The notes beneath the pieces are model-generated. The model was not told the DNA's origin. It saw nothing but the letters and a program-made list of their open reading frames with translations, and did not search any database. Shown here piece by piece: positions 62,620 to 64,000 of a stretch of DNA of 64,000 nt (its first letter is position 1; the number at the start of each line of letters is the position of its first letter). The position numbers were made by a program, and so were the translations under genes. This stretch comes from Opitutales bacterium (lineage in GTDB: Bacteria > Verrucomicrobiota > Verrucomicrobiia > Opitutales > UBA2987): contig CBDDEL010000012.1 in NCBI GenBank assembly GCA_965226885.1, positions 64,001-128,000 of the forward strand, written 5' to 3'.

Positions 62620-62801
62620 TTAGGAGAATCTCGTGTCCACTTGCGTCTTCTTCCCATGCTTCGATTCTCCATTTAGGAGAATCTCGTGTCCACTTGCGTC
62701 TTCTTCCCATGCTTCGATTCTCCATTTAGGAGAATCTCGTGTCCACTTGCGTCTTCTTCCCATGCTTCGATTCTCCATTTAGGAGAATCTCGTGTCCACT
62801 T
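62590..62801. repeat. Perfect tandem repeat, 4 x 53 bp
   Basis: Unit GCGTCTTCTTCCCATGCTTCGATTCTCCATTTAGGAGAATCTCGTGTCCACTT starts at 62590, 62643, 62696 and 62749. Confidence 0.95.
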
Positions 62802-62817
62802 TTTCCAGTGCACATCA

Positions 62818-62962
62818 CTACCGAACCAATGGGGGAAAGGGGGCAGTGTCTCTACACCCTGAAAAACACCTAAAAATCAAGACGATCTGCTCAAAATACA
62901 AAGAAATCCATCTCCAATAGCAATAACACGAGCCAAACTTTACCCTTCATGAAATATCCGGG
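62818..62962 (+). mobile_element. IS1380 right-end fragment
   Basis: Matches 5728-5870 and ends GAAATATCCGGG followed by CTAA. Confidence 0.9.
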
Positions 62963-63174
62963 CTAAGACACTTATGGTTGTTAGTAACAGAAGTGATGTA
63001 ACGATTGTTTTCATTTTAAGATATTATTTAGCGTGAATTTTTCATGGTATGGGGACTATCTTATCAAGAACTTCTAGATTTGGCTAATACCCTGATCTTG
63101 CCATTGGCATGCATTTTTCGTATACCCCAGTATTGATGTTGCCCTGGAATCATTCCTCAAATAATTTCAGTCTT

Positions 63175-64000
63175 ATGCGTTACCTTAATCTCATTCTCTC
63201 CATAGCTCTCCTGACTTTGGGATCTGTTTTTCTACAGGCTGATCCCAGTGAAAAAGAACATGCCTGGCCGAATGCCCCGCATGGCTGGCATTTGCAGGAA
63301 CTGGGGCCGCGAACGGAAACGGTGGACACCGCTTCTTATGGTCGAATTGTCCATGTGTCGGCGACAAAGGGAAACGATCGCAAGGGTAACGGTACGCGGG
63401 AAAAACCGTTTCAGACGATTCAGGCGGCACTGAGCGGGGGGAGTGAATCAACCGCAGATAACCGCACGGCAGTGCTGGTGGCGGGTGGCATCTATTCGGA
63501 GACTCCTGTTAAGATGGCGGCTTTCGTCGATCTGTATGGGGGTTACGATCCGGTTTCGTGGGAGCGGAATATTTTTGAGCATCCAACAACGCTGGATGCA
63601 TTAAAGAAGAGCCGGGTTGTGATCGGGAGCGATGATACAAGGCTGGACGGATTTATCGTGACTGGGGGTGAGATTGCAGGGCATGGCGCGGGGATTTACT
63701 GCTACCGGACGTCACCGAAGATCACGAACAATGTGATCCGCAACAACCATGTGCTGGCACCGGCAGACTTCGAGCGCGATGCGGACCGGTTGCGCAAACA
63801 GGGCAACTATGGCGGCGGTATCGGGCTGGAGTATAACTCCAAAGCGAAGGTGCTCCATAACCTGATCATCCACAACACCACAGAGATTGGTTACGGCGCG
63901 GGACTGGGCGCAAAGGACGACTGCATGCCGCAGGTGGGCTATAATGTGTTTTTCGGGAACCGGGCCGGTGCAGGCGATGCGGACGACACCCGGTCCTCCA
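63175..64000 (+). CDS. Secreted right-handed beta-helix (DUF1565 / pectate lyase-like) protein, partial
   Basis: Not in the ORF track because it has no stop in the window: MRYLNLILSIALL signal, GND..GNGTREKPFQTIQAAL, then Asn/Gly-rich helix repeats. Confidence 0.8.
   Translation, partial: MRYLNLILSIALLTLGSVFLQADPSEKEHAWPNAPHGWHLQELGPRTETVDTASYGRIVHVSATKGNDRKGNGTREKPFQTIQAALSGGSESTADNRTAVLVAGGIYSETPVKMAAFVDLYGGYDPVSWERNIFEHPTTLDALKKSRVVIGSDDTRLDGFIVTGGEIAGHGAGIYCYRTSPKITNNVIRNNHVLAPADFERDADRLRKQGNYGGGIGLEYNSKAKVLHNLIIHNTTEIGYGAGLGAKDDCMPQVGYNVFFGNRAGAGDADDTRSS

Larger units (their letters stand above)
61331..62817 (-). mobile_element. IS3-B copy with an internal 4 x 53 bp amplification
   Basis: Both IRs intact; no TSD (ATG versus CTA). 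Confidence 0.92.

Noticed and set aside
62590..62801. CRISPR array
   Set aside because: The 53-bp units are contiguous with no spacers and are IS3-B sequence; no cas genes are present.

Overview
This is a bacterial chromosomal window; the gene content suggests a Verrucomicrobiota/PVC-type host, which is an inference. The left part (about 4.3-36 kb) is a decaying accessory region beside tRNA-Asp and is saturated with insertion sequences. It holds IS1380-family copies, three distinct IS3-family elements, two IS21, one IS630, one IS5/ISNCY-like element and a truncated IS1, many of them nested in each other. Three less obvious structures lie under the IS layer. (i) Integron-type attC sites with no integrase, two of which bracket a phytanoyl-CoA dioxygenase gene as an apparent gene cassette. 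(ii) Two Tn7-like transposon ends fused end-to-end (ACA|TGT at 34053/34054), with no target duplication and no tns genes in the window. (iii) Many perfect short tandem duplications, up to a 4 x 53 bp amplification inside an IS3 left end. The right part (36-61 kb) is mostly ordinary metabolic genes: oxidoreductase, amidohydrolase, ROK protein, peptide ABC ATPases, an SPT/AONS-like enzyme, GT4 glycosyltransferases, rfbA, a frameshifted adenylate cyclase-TPR gene, a sirtuin, a sulfatase, a cysteine synthase-like enzyme and tRNA-Ala. It also encodes an unusual protein with a 7-repeat propeller nested inside a LamG domain. All coordinates were read by eye and no searches were run.
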